From Clostridium sp. CAG:440 (GTDB lineage: Bacteria; Bacillota; Clostridia; TANB77; CAG-508): a DNA stretch of 64,000 nt. The first letter of the stretch is position 1. Every line of letters begins with the position of its first letter. The DNA lies in NCBI GenBank assembly GCA_000437215.1, contig FR898645.1, positions 9,979 through 73,978 of the forward strand, read 5' to 3'. The position numbers and the translations under genes are program-made. Under the pieces are notes generated by a model, which made no database searches, was not told where the DNA came from, and saw nothing but the letters and a program-made list of their open reading frames with translations. Shown here piece by piece: positions 10,493 through 19,440 of the stretch.

Positions 10493-11419
10493 ATGAATAA
10501 TGTAGGAATGTCGTTTGAAACATTTTATAATGAAAACATTTTAGAATATTTCAAAACATTGCAAGAATCACCATTTAAACTAATAAGTTTATTAATAGAT
10601 ATAGGAATAGTTTTATTTTTGCTTTATTATGCAGTAAAAGCAGTAAAAGGATCTAGGGCATGGCATTTATTAAAAGGAATTGCACTATTTATATTAATAA
10701 CAATTTTAAGTGGAGTATTAAATTTAAAAATACTAAATTCAATCTTATCTGGAATAATGAATTGGGGTGTTATAGCAATAATTGTAATATTCCAACCAGA
10801 GCTAAGACGTGCATTAGAACAACTTGGAACAAACAAGTTTACCAAATTTTTTGGAATAGAAAAAGATGTTGCAACAAAAACAAAAGAAGATATATATAAA
10901 ATTGTTATAGCAGCATCAGAACTTTCTAAAACAAAAACCGGAGCATTAATAGTAATAGAAAGAGATATAGAAATAAAAGATATTATATCAACAGGTGTTC
11001 CAATGGAAGCAGAGGTTTCTCCACAATTATTAGTAAATATATTTGTGCCAAAAACTCCACTTCATGATGGGGCAGTTATAATAAGCAATAATAAAATTGC
11101 AGCAGCAGCATGTGTTTTACCACTTGCAGATGATAAAGATATAGCTCAAGAGCTTGGAACACGTCATAGAGCAGCTATTGGGATTTCAAAAGAATCAGAC
11201 AGTATTGTTGTTGTAGTTTCAGAAGAAACAGGAAAAATTTCTGTTGCAAAAGATGGAACACTAATTGCAGATGTAAGAGAAGATGTATTAAAGAAAATAT
11301 TAATTAGTAATGTAGTAACAAAAAGATTTACAACAGAAAAAAAGGAAAGAAAACATAGAATAATTAAACAAAAGGAAAACAAAGAAAAACAACAAGAAAA
11401 TAAAAATGAGGACAAATAA
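10493..11419 (+). CDS. cdaA: Diadenylate cyclase CdaA (c-di-AMP synthase)
   Basis: Three N-terminal TM segments, then FQPELRRALEQLG, GALIVIERD, PLHDGAVII, LGTRHRAAIGISKESD and VVVVSEETGKIS. Confidence 0.9.
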   Translation: MNNVGMSFETFYNENILEYFKTLQESPFKLISLLIDIGIVLFLLYYAVKAVKGSRAWHLLKGIALFILITILSGVLNLKILNSILSGIMNWGVIAIIVIFQPELRRALEQLGTNKFTKFFGIEKDVATKTKEDIYKIVIAASELSKTKTGALIVIERDIEIKDIISTGVPMEAEVSPQLLVNIFVPKTPLHDGAVIISNNKIAAAACVLPLADDKDIAQELGTRHRAAIGISKESDSIVVVVSEETGKISVAKDGTLIADVREDVLKKILISNVVTKRFTTEKKERKHRIIKQKENKEKQQENKNEDK

Positions 11420-11488
11420 AATATGCCATAGTATACATTAAATGTGTATGCTATGGTATAATTGTTTAAATAAAAAGATGGTGAAATT

Positions 11489-12232
11489 ATGAGAAATATA
11501 AAATTAACAATAGAATATGATGGGAAAGAATTTAATGGTTGGCAAAAACAACCTAATAAGTTAAATATTCAAGGAAATATAGAACGTGCAATAGAAACAA
11601 TAACAGGAGAAAAGGTTGACTTAAATGCTTCTGGAAGAACTGATGCAGGTGTACACGCAATAGCTCAAGTTGCAAATTTTAAAACCAATTCTACACTACC
11701 TATAGAAAAATGGCCTTTGGCATTAAATGCAAATTTAAAAAAATCAATAAGAATAAAAGATGCAAAAGAAGTAGATTTAAGGTTCCATAGTAGATTAACA
11801 TGTAAGAAAAAAACATATAGGTATGTAATAAATAATTCTAAATATGGAACTGCAATATATAGAAATTTGGAAACACATATTCCGTATAAATTAGATGTAA
11901 TTAAAATGCAAAATGCTGCAAAATATTTTGAAGGAGAACATGACTTTAAAGCATTTAAAGCAAGTGGAACAAGTAGTAAAAGTAGTGTTAGGACAATATA
12001 TAGTGCAAAAGTAATTGATGCTGGAAATGAAAAAATATACATAGAACTAACCGGAAATGGATTCTTATATAACATGGTAAGAATAATTTCTGGAACATTG
12101 GTTGATGTGGGATGTGGAAAAATTAAGCCTGAAGAAATAAAAAATATAATAGAATCAAGAAACAGAAACTTAGCAGGTAAAACATTACCACCACAAGGAT
12201 TATATTTAGTAAATGTAGAGTATGAAAATTAA
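11489..12232 (+). CDS. truA: tRNA pseudouridine(38-40) synthase
   Basis: Contains YDGKEFNGWQKQPN, ASGRTDAGVHA and FLYNMVRIISGTL. Confidence 0.9.
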   Translation: MRNIKLTIEYDGKEFNGWQKQPNKLNIQGNIERAIETITGEKVDLNASGRTDAGVHAIAQVANFKTNSTLPIEKWPLALNANLKKSIRIKDAKEVDLRFHSRLTCKKKTYRYVINNSKYGTAIYRNLETHIPYKLDVIKMQNAAKYFEGEHDFKAFKASGTSSKSSVRTIYSAKVIDAGNEKIYIELTGNGFLYNMVRIISGTLVDVGCGKIKPEEIKNIIESRNRNLAGKTLPPQGLYLVNVEYEN

Positions 12233-12291
12233 AGAACCAAATTTATAGGGTTTGCATAAAATATAGTAAAAAAGAAAGGAAAGGATTGCCT

Positions 12292-12777
12292 ATGAATAAT
12301 TTACTTATATTTTTTGCTATACCTGTAGCTGTAATTATATTTTCAATAGTATTACAAAAACTTTTAAAATGTCCAATATTAGTAGCAAGCACAATTTTTG
12401 CAATTTTATTGCTTATAGCATTTACTAATTTTACTACTACCTTTTTAGTGGCAGTAATAATCTATACAATTTTATCTTTTATAGTTGCATATTTAACTAT
12501 GATAATTCAAAAAATACTTAGAAATTTGCAAAATCATAATATGTGTGGATGCTGTCAAAGAAATTTAGATAATATGGTTAATAATACAAATAATCAAGAT
12601 GTATTAACAATAAATGCTAATATTGAAACATTAGGAAACAATTCAAATAATGACTCAAATAACGGATGTGGTTGTGATAATGATAATAATGTAATAACAG
12701 CAAGTGCAAATGTTATTCCAAATAGTAGTAATAATGGTAGAACAGGTAGCTTTAATGGTTGCTATAGAAGAAGATAA
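12292..12777 (+). CDS. Membrane protein with a Cys/Asn-rich C-terminal tail
   Basis: Three predicted TM segments, then a tail CGCCQRN..NNGCGCDNDNN..GSFNGCYRRR. Confidence 0.45.
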   Translation: MNNLLIFFAIPVAVIIFSIVLQKLLKCPILVASTIFAILLLIAFTNFTTTFLVAVIIYTILSFIVAYLTMIIQKILRNLQNHNMCGCCQRNLDNMVNNTNNQDVLTINANIETLGNNSNNDSNNGCGCDNDNNVITASANVIPNSSNNGRTGSFNGCYRRR

Positions 12778-12878
12778 AAATAATTAGGTTTGTCAAGTAT
12801 AGATGAACCTATTTTTTATTCTTGAAAAAAATAAAAATATATGTTATTATATATAAACAAAATAAAAGGAGAATGTAT

Positions 12879-13736
12879 ATGTTAGAGGTAATAGAAGAGA
12901 CACTATTAGATAGTATAAAATTAATACCATTTTTGTTTATTGCATATTTAATAATGGAATATATAGAACATAAAACTAGCCAAAAATCTAGAGAAACCAT
13001 AAAAAAATCTGGAAAATTTGGACCATTAATAGGAAGCTTTTTAGGAATATTTCCACAATGTGGTTTTTCAGTAGTTGCAACTAATTTTTATGCTGGACGA
13101 GTTATAACACTTGGAACACTAATTTCAGTATATTTAACAACATCTGATGAAATGATTCCAATAATGATTTCAGAAGCTGTACCATTATGGACAATACTAA
13201 AAATCTTATTTGTAAAATTAGTAATTGGAATTGTAGCAGGATTTGTAATTGATTTTGTATTAAGATTAATTAATAAAAACAAAAAGATAGAAGAAGAAAA
13301 TATTGTTGACTTGTGTGAACATGATCATTGCCATTGTGAAAAGGGGATACTAAAATCTTCTATTCATCATACATTAAGTATTTTTGTATTTATATTAATA
13401 GTTACATTTATAATAAATATTGCAATTTATTTTATAGGGGAAGAAAATATATCAAATATATTATTGAATAAACCAATACTTGGGCCAATTGTATCTAGCC
13501 TAATTGGACTAATTCCAAACTGTGCTTCTTCTGTAATTATAACAAATATGTATTTAAAAAATGTTATAAATGTTGGTACTATGATAGCTGGACTTTTAGT
13601 AAATGCAGGGGTAGGACTTGTTGTGTTGTTTAAGACTAATAAAAAAATAAAAGATAATATTGCAATAATCTGCTTGCTTTATATAGTAGGAGTTATTTCT
13701 GGAATTGTATTAGAATTTTTTAAATTTACAGTATAA
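12879..13736 (+). CDS. Polytopic membrane protein, putative 10-TM heavy-metal exporter (ArsP_2-like)
   Basis: Begins MLEVIEETLLDSIKLIPFLFIAYLIMEYIEHK. A central loop reads CEHDHCHCEKG, and PQCGFS / PNCASS half-repeats are present. AGGAG lies 7 nt before ATG 12879. Confidence 0.5.
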   Translation: MLEVIEETLLDSIKLIPFLFIAYLIMEYIEHKTSQKSRETIKKSGKFGPLIGSFLGIFPQCGFSVVATNFYAGRVITLGTLISVYLTTSDEMIPIMISEAVPLWTILKILFVKLVIGIVAGFVIDFVLRLINKNKKIEEENIVDLCEHDHCHCEKGILKSSIHHTLSIFVFILIVTFIINIAIYFIGEENISNILLNKPILGPIVSSLIGLIPNCASSVIITNMYLKNVINVGTMIAGLLVNAGVGLVVLFKTNKKIKDNIAIICLLYIVGVISGIVLEFFKFTV

Positions 13737-13777
13737 AAAATATCCTCACTTCTGAAATGAAGTGAGGATATTTTTTA
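13736..13777. terminator. Bidirectional rho-independent terminator
   Basis: ATATCCTCACTTC-TGAAATG-AAGTGAGGATAT is flanked by A and T runs, between convergent genes. Confidence 0.75.
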
Positions 13778-16105
13778 TTTTTTATCATTATTTGGATTTC
13801 CTTTTTTTAGGTTTACAATTATTGCATCTTCATTATCAAATAAGTATGATGAATCAGAAGTATCTGTTTGAACAGGGTCAAATTCATTTCTGTCATCTTT
13901 AAAATCCACATGTCTAAAATCAAATTTTTTATTTTGTGTTTCGTCTTCTGAAACACTGTTGTCTGAGTTAGAATATTTATTAAAATCGTATTTTTTAATA
14001 TTTTGTGGTTCTTTATATTTTGAAGATAAATATTTAAATCTTCCAACACCAGCCATTGGCTTTCCATTATCACCTTTTAGTTTATATGCAAAGAAATTTT
14101 TGCCTAATGTTTGTAATTTTCCAGGGGATGCATTAGGAACAAATTTCCATGTTACGCTACCATGTTTTGAATCATATTTCATGGTATTAAAATCAATACT
14201 ATCGCTCATCTTCCATTCTCTGTGCTCTCCAAGTTCTTTTGACCACCATTCTAGTTCATCTATATCTGCATTTCCTGTAAATATTTTATTAGAACAGTTA
14301 GAAAGAATTGTTTGTCTATAATGTTCTTTGACATTAGGAGTATCTAATTGTGATAGATTTTGTGCGGTAATTATAGTTCCTACTTTATATTTTCTATACA
14401 TTGTAAATAATGCTTCTGTAGACTTTCCAAGAAAATCAGGGAATTCATCAATATATAAAAAGTTTGCAATTCTATTATTTTCATTGCCAGGTCTTCTTAA
14501 TACTGCATTTTGCATTGCAAGTAAGAAGAATAAGCCAAATGCTTTATGTGTTGTCATACCTAAATCTCCACGTCTTGTACATACAAAAGTAAGATCTCCA
14601 TTAGATAGCATTTCATCAAAATTAATATTTTCGTGTCTATTACATAAAATTGTTTTTACTCCAGGAAGACGTAACAAACTGTCTAATTGTGTAACTGCAG
14701 AATAAATATATTTTTCAGTTTCATCTCTACCAGAACCAGTTTTGTAGAAATTTTTTCTAAAATAAGCAAGTTGAATACTGTATTTTTTAGCTAAATCTTC
14801 ATTATGTGCAAGTATTTCACACATTTTTTCAACTAAGTCAAAATTTGTAAACATTTTTAGCATATCTTCAAGGTTTGGTAATAAACCATCATTCATTCTT
14901 GGGTACATTTCTTTTAATATAATTGCCATATTTTCAATTGCTTGCAAAGCAACATTTTCTCTGTATGCTTCTTCAATTTCACTATGTTGCGTTGCATACA
15001 TTCCTTTTATTACAGATGAAATTGTAATTGCAATTTTTGTTGGATCATCATAAACAAATGGATTTAATCCTATAGAATCAATATTTTCTGGATCTATTAA
15101 ATTGTATTTAAATCCAAAATTTTTACTTACTTCTACCATATGCTCTATAATTTCACTGTCAGGAGATAGTACTGTAACTCCAACATTTCTGTATATTATA
15201 GAATCAGAAGAATCTAATATCATTTTTTTCATAAAAGCTTTAAAAACAGTATCTTTTCCGTATGCAGGTGAAATCATATTTAAACTAAAGTTTTTGTTTA
15301 AGTAGTCATTGCTATATGGTTTATTTAGGACTGCAATTCTAGTTTTTAATGCAGTAAATCCAAGTTCTTTAGAAGTTTCTCTAAAAAAGTATTTTTTTTC
15401 TATATCTCTTGCAATCATTGGTTCTAATACAGCAGATGTTTTCCCAGTACCAGATCCACCACAAACAAACATTGGTTGAAATCTTGAAACTTCAGGCATT
15501 TTTACATTTTTTCCATTTTCATCATCTGTACATAAGTACATTTCTAAACTATATGGTCCATAGTCTTTTTTGTTTTCAGAAAGTCTAATTCCACCATAAT
15601 CCCATATTGAACGAGTATGTTGAGATGAATCATTAACAGAAAAGTATAAAAATTTAAACATTGGAAATACAGTCATTAATGGTAAGTATAATGATAAACT
15701 TATAAATGCAGGTTTTACCAATTCAGAAAAGTCTGTAATTAAATCAACATAATTTGTTGTTCCTATCAAGAAAAGCCACGCTCCCATGTTAAGCCATTGG
15801 GTAAACATTGATAAAACTATTATGTAAAAGGCTATTGAATAAACATAAAATAATGTAACCTTTTGTTTTTTTGAAGTTGCAAATTCTGATGAGCCAGAAA
15901 ATAAAAATGCAAATAGAGGACATGCCATTGCAAAAGTATATGCAAATGGTCCCCAATAAGAATAAGAAACTCCAGTAAAAATCATAAATAATAGTTCTAC
16001 TAATCTATCTACTACAAGATATATTGTTACTAATGTTAAAATATATGTTGCAAATGTGTTTCGACTTGTATTTAATTTCTTTAAAAATTTATCTATTAAT
16101 TTCAT
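13775..16105 (-). CDS. TraG/TraD/VirD4-like P-loop NTPase with an N-terminal multi-TM domain (type IV coupling-protein-like)
   Basis: Walker A VCGGSGTGKTSAV, Walker B NFLYIDEFPDFLG and TIITAQNLSQL, with about 5 N-terminal TM helices. No other T4SS or relaxase genes are nearby. Confidence 0.6.
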   Translation of the reverse strand: MKLIDKFLKKLNTSRNTFATYILTLVTIYLVVDRLVELLFMIFTGVSYSYWGPFAYTFAMACPLFAFLFSGSSEFATSKKQKVTLFYVYSIAFYIIVLSMFTQWLNMGAWLFLIGTTNYVDLITDFSELVKPAFISLSLYLPLMTVFPMFKFLYFSVNDSSQHTRSIWDYGGIRLSENKKDYGPYSLEMYLCTDDENGKNVKMPEVSRFQPMFVCGGSGTGKTSAVLEPMIARDIEKKYFFRETSKELGFTALKTRIAVLNKPYSNDYLNKNFSLNMISPAYGKDTVFKAFMKKMILDSSDSIIYRNVGVTVLSPDSEIIEHMVEVSKNFGFKYNLIDPENIDSIGLNPFVYDDPTKIAITISSVIKGMYATQHSEIEEAYRENVALQAIENMAIILKEMYPRMNDGLLPNLEDMLKMFTNFDLVEKMCEILAHNEDLAKKYSIQLAYFRKNFYKTGSGRDETEKYIYSAVTQLDSLLRLPGVKTILCNRHENINFDEMLSNGDLTFVCTRRGDLGMTTHKAFGLFFLLAMQNAVLRRPGNENNRIANFLYIDEFPDFLGKSTEALFTMYRKYKVGTIITAQNLSQLDTPNVKEHYRQTILSNCSNKIFTGNADIDELEWWSKELGEHREWKMSDSIDFNTMKYDSKHGSVTWKFVPNASPGKLQTLGKNFFAYKLKGDNGKPMAGVGRFKYLSSKYKEPQNIKKYDFNKYSNSDNSVSEDETQNKKFDFRHVDFKDDRNEFDPVQTDTSDSSYLFDNEDAIIVNLKKGNPNNDKK

Positions 16106-16254
16106 AAAAGTTGTCCTTTCGAAAAATAATTATACATATATATTATCTTATAAAATTGGCAAAAAAACAAGTATTTTAGGCAAAAAAACTAACAAAATTT
16201 TGGAATATTTAAAAAAATTTTACATATAATAGAAAAAATAGGTGGGAGGTAAAA

Positions 16255-16539
16255 ATGCAAGAGGAATTTTTAAAAGAAAATAAAATTATAGAAAAAACAG
16301 AAATAGAAAAGGAAGAGGAATTGATAATTAATATATTGAAAACAAAAAGAGAGCTAAATGTAGCAAGACAAAATTTTGAATATGCACAAGGTGATTTAAT
16401 TGATTATTACTCATATCAAATAAAAGCAAATCAATCAAAATTAGATTATTTAATAAAATTAGCAAAGAAAAAAGGAATTATTGTTGATATAATTTCAGAT
16501 GCAAAATTTAGAATAGAACAAGAAAATAAAGCTGTTTAA
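16255..16539 (+). CDS. YaaL/DUF2508-family protein
   Basis: 94-aa coiled protein (LNVARQNFEYAQGDLIDYYSYQIKANQSKLDYLIKLAKKKG). It lies immediately upstream of bofA, as in the Bacillus yaaL-bofA pair. Confidence 0.6.
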   Translation: MQEEFLKENKIIEKTEIEKEEELIINILKTKRELNVARQNFEYAQGDLIDYYSYQIKANQSKLDYLIKLAKKKGIIVDIISDAKFRIEQENKAV

Positions 16540-16639
16540 TGGAATATTTGTCCATATTTAAACATAAAAATTGTAATAAATAATTAATTAAATATATAAA
16601 ATTTATTATTTTACAAAATTTGTGTTTAAGGAGCGTTTT

Positions 16640-16900
16640 ATGGATTATAATATTTTAACATATTTGGCATGTATTTGTTTTTTATTCTTATTTGGAAGAA
16701 TATTTATAGTTCCTATAAAAAAAGTTTTAAAATTGGTTGTTAATTCTATTTTAGGTGGGGCAATCATTTATATTATAAATCTAATAGGGAATAGTTTTAA
16801 TTTTCATATTGGACTTAATTTTTTTACAAGCATTTTAATTGGAATACTAGGAATTCCAGGTGCAGTAGTACTTGTAATATTAAAACTTTTAATAGGATAG
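16640..16900 (+). CDS. bofA: Pro-sigma-K processing inhibitor BofA
   Basis: Two-TM protein, NSILGGAIIYIINLIG..GLNFFTSILIGILGIPGAVVLVILKL. AAGGAG lies 6 nt before ATG 16640. Confidence 0.75.
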   Translation: MDYNILTYLACICFLFLFGRIFIVPIKKVLKLVVNSILGGAIIYIINLIGNSFNFHIGLNFFTSILIGILGIPGAVVLVILKLLIG

Positions 16901-17229
16901 ACATTGGGACGGGGATTTTGTCTTAAGGTTTGCAGCCTGCTATCACCAACTTAAGGTTAAACGGCAATAAATGGTCTATAGCTAGGGATAGATGGCAATA
17001 ATATATTAATTTTTGTACCTTGGTGTCGCAACCAACAAAATTAAAAAATATGCAGGTTGCTCCAATTCGCACTCGTGCAAGCACTCGTTTGATCGCTTAC
17101 GCGGTACTTCAAATTAATATATTATTACCATCCACCCCCTTAAGCCATTGACCATTTATTGCCGTTTAACCTTAAGTTGGTGATAGCAGGCTGCAAACCT
17201 TAAGACAAAATCCCCGTCCCAATGTCTAT
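16897..17229. repeat. 333-bp palindromic element with perfect 80-bp arms (16897-16976 and 17150-17229) around an asymmetric centre
   Basis: The arms are exact reverse complements on manual check. They include the TAG stops of both convergent genes, bofA and glmS. The outer arm motif GGGACGGGGATTTTGTCTTAAGGTTT is shared with the element at 49065. Confidence 0.9.
17015..17107 (-). other. Conserved GC-rich 93-nt core (copy 1), a candidate structured RNA or recombination site. The strand is given relative to copy 2.
   Basis: It matches the reverse complement of 61449-61545 in three identical blocks (21, 24 and about 30 nt), separated by variable AT-rich loop sequence. Confidence 0.45.
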
Positions 17230-19067
17230 TCTACAGTTACAGATTTTGCAAGGTTTCTTGGTTTATCTACATCAAGACCTTTTTCTTTTGCAATATAATA
17301 TGCAAATAGTTGAAGTGGCACAACAGAAAGTATAGGGGAGATAAAGGTATTTGTTTTAGGTATGCAAATAACCTCATCAAACAATTTTTTATCAATATCT
17401 TGATTTGTAATTACTAATGTTTTAGCGCCACGAGTAATTACTTCTTGTATATTACTTATACTTTTTTCTACTAAGTTTGGATCTGTTAATATGCTAATTA
17501 CAGTAATTCCATTTTCAATTAAGGCGATAGGCCCATGTTTTAATTCTCCTGATGCATAACTTTCAGAATGAATGTAAGAGATTTCTTTTAATTTTAAAGA
17601 TCCTTCCTTGGCAACTGTTTCATCAATACCTCTACCTAAGAAGAAGATATCTTTTTCTTGATATACTTTTTTAGCAAATTCTTTTATATTTGCTGATAAT
17701 TTTAGTGTTTGTTCAATTTTTGCTGGTAATTCTAATATATCTTTTTTAAATGATTCTATAACAGAGTTATCAACATTTTCTAATACTTCTGCAAAGTATA
17801 GTGCAAGTATATTTAATAAAATTACTTGTGAAGTATATGCTTTTGTAGATGCTACTGCGATTTCTGGACCAGCATGTGTATAAATTGAATAATCTGCTTC
17901 TCGTGTAATAGAACTTCCTATAACATTTGATACAGCAATTGTTTTTGCTCCTTTTTCTTTAGAAAGTTTTAATGCTGCAATTGTGTCTGCTGTTTCTCCT
18001 GATTGTGATATAAAAATGCAAAGTGTATTTTTATCTACAAGAGGATCTCTGTATCTAAATTCTGAAGCTATATCTACTTGGGTAGAAATTTTGCATAATT
18101 TTTCTAATATATTTTTTCCTGCAAGTCCTGCATGCATTGCTGTTCCACATGCTACTATATATATTTTATTTATGCTTGATAAATATTTTTTGGTGAATTT
18201 TAATTCATCAAATTCTATTTTTGAATTTTCTGGTAATCTTGAACCAATAGTTTCTCGAATTGCTGTTGGTTGTTCATAAATTTCTTTTAGCATAAAATCT
18301 TCAAAACCATCTTTTTCTGCTGCAGAAGCATTCCATTCTATTGTTTTTATTTCTTTTTTAAATTCTTTTAAATTTTTATCAAAGAATTTAACATCATTTT
18401 TTGATAGTAAAACAAATTCTAAATCGTTTAAAAGATAGAAGTTACGTGTAAAAGAAAGTATTGCAGGAATGTCTGATGAAATATAGTTTTCATCTTGGCA
18501 TGTTCCAATAACCAATGGGCTATCTTTTCTAACTACAATCATATTTTCTGGGTAATATTTAGAAATTACTTCAATTGCAAAGCTTCCTTTTAAATCTAAA
18601 CATGTATTTTTTACAGCTCTTAAAAGTTTTTGCTCATCATTATTTGTATCTTTTGAATAATAATAATGAATTAAATTAGGTATAACTTCTGTGTCTGTGT
18701 CAGAATAGAATTTATAATTTTTATCATTTAAAAATTTTCTAAGTTCATTATAGTTTTCAATTATTCCATTATGAACAACACTAAATGATTTAGAATTGTC
18801 CATATGTGGATGAGAATTTTCTTTAGATGGTTTTCCATGTGTAGCCCATCTTGTATGAGCAATACCAATAGTACCTTCTAATTTATCAATTCCATTTATT
18901 TCATTTAAATTTTTGACTCTTCCTTTATCTTTCATAACAGATAAGCCTTCTTTTTCTATTGTTGAAATACCAGCAGAGTCATAACCTCTGTATTCCAATC
19001 TTAAAAGTCCATTAATTAAAATAGGTGTTGCTTTTTTATTACCTATATAACCTACAATTCCACACAT
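17226..19067 (-). CDS. glmS: Glutamine--fructose-6-phosphate aminotransferase
   Basis: Begins MCGIVGYIG and contains two SIS domains; ends KSVTVE. Confidence 0.95.
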   Translation of the reverse strand: MCGIVGYIGNKKATPILINGLLRLEYRGYDSAGISTIEKEGLSVMKDKGRVKNLNEINGIDKLEGTIGIAHTRWATHGKPSKENSHPHMDNSKSFSVVHNGIIENYNELRKFLNDKNYKFYSDTDTEVIPNLIHYYYSKDTNNDEQKLLRAVKNTCLDLKGSFAIEVISKYYPENMIVVRKDSPLVIGTCQDENYISSDIPAILSFTRNFYLLNDLEFVLLSKNDVKFFDKNLKEFKKEIKTIEWNASAAEKDGFEDFMLKEIYEQPTAIRETIGSRLPENSKIEFDELKFTKKYLSSINKIYIVACGTAMHAGLAGKNILEKLCKISTQVDIASEFRYRDPLVDKNTLCIFISQSGETADTIAALKLSKEKGAKTIAVSNVIGSSITREADYSIYTHAGPEIAVASTKAYTSQVILLNILALYFAEVLENVDNSVIESFKKDILELPAKIEQTLKLSANIKEFAKKVYQEKDIFFLGRGIDETVAKEGSLKLKEISYIHSESYASGELKHGPIALIENGITVISILTDPNLVEKSISNIQEVITRGAKTLVITNQDIDKKLFDEVICIPKTNTFISPILSVVPLQLFAYYIAKEKGLDVDKPRNLAKSVTVE

Positions 19068-19089
19068 ATTAAATCCTCCTTAATGCCAA

Positions 19090-19292
19090 AACGTGCGATA
19101 AATTTGGCAAATGTTATATTTTGGGAATTGAAAGCATGTAAATAAAAGCTATATACTAATTTTTGTTGCAATATTACTATTGTTTTTTAATTAGTACTAT
19201 GGTTTAGCCAAAACCACTAGAGCATCCGCCGAATATTTCGATAACTCTAGACCTCGTCAACACTATTTTTATAAGTGTCCAGGCGCTTAATA
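19090..19292 (-). ncRNA. glmS_ribozyme: glmS ribozyme/riboswitch in the glmS 5' leader
   Basis: The minus strand reads AAGCGCCTGGAC..GTTGACGAGGTCTAGAGTTATCGAAATATTCGGCGGATGCTCTAGTGG. This matches the conserved AGCGCC cleavage region, GACGAGG and CGGCGGAUGC core. The 3' limit is approximate. Confidence 0.85.
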
Positions 19293-19344
19293 AATAAAAC
19301 TCCTTTCTTTTATTTTTTTATTTACCTTTCTTTCAATTTATGGT

Positions 19345-19376
19345 ATTATATTACATTAAATTAGATAAGGTGTCAA
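19345..19376 (-). promoter_or_regulatory. Candidate sigma-A promoter of the glmS leader
   Basis: The minus strand reads TTGACA, a 17-nt spacer, then TAATAT. Confidence 0.4.
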
Positions 19377-19440
19377 CAGATAGATAAAATAAAAGCAAAG
19401 ATCAAAATTAAATTTGATCTTTGCTAAGTTAAATCTGAAA

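Noticed and set aside
12292-12777. The Cys-rich tail of ORF 12292..12777 as a RiPP or bacteriocin precursor
   Set aside because: The Cys-rich segment is the C-terminus of a three-TM protein, not a short leader-core peptide. No modification enzymes, ABC exporter or immunity genes are adjacent.
13775-16105. The TraG/VirD4-like gene as a marker of an integrated conjugative element or genomic island
   Set aside because: There are no flanking integrase, relaxase, VirB4 or other T4SS genes. No tRNA or direct-repeat borders are seen, and the composition is similar to its neighbours. It is reported only as an orphan gene.
17015-17107. The GC-rich core as a tRNA or tmRNA-like gene (which would have been relevant to CGG decoding)
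   Set aside because: It has no GTTCRANYC T-loop, no acceptor/anticodon/D-arm arrangement and no CCA-proximal stem. I recognised no tRNA anywhere in the window.
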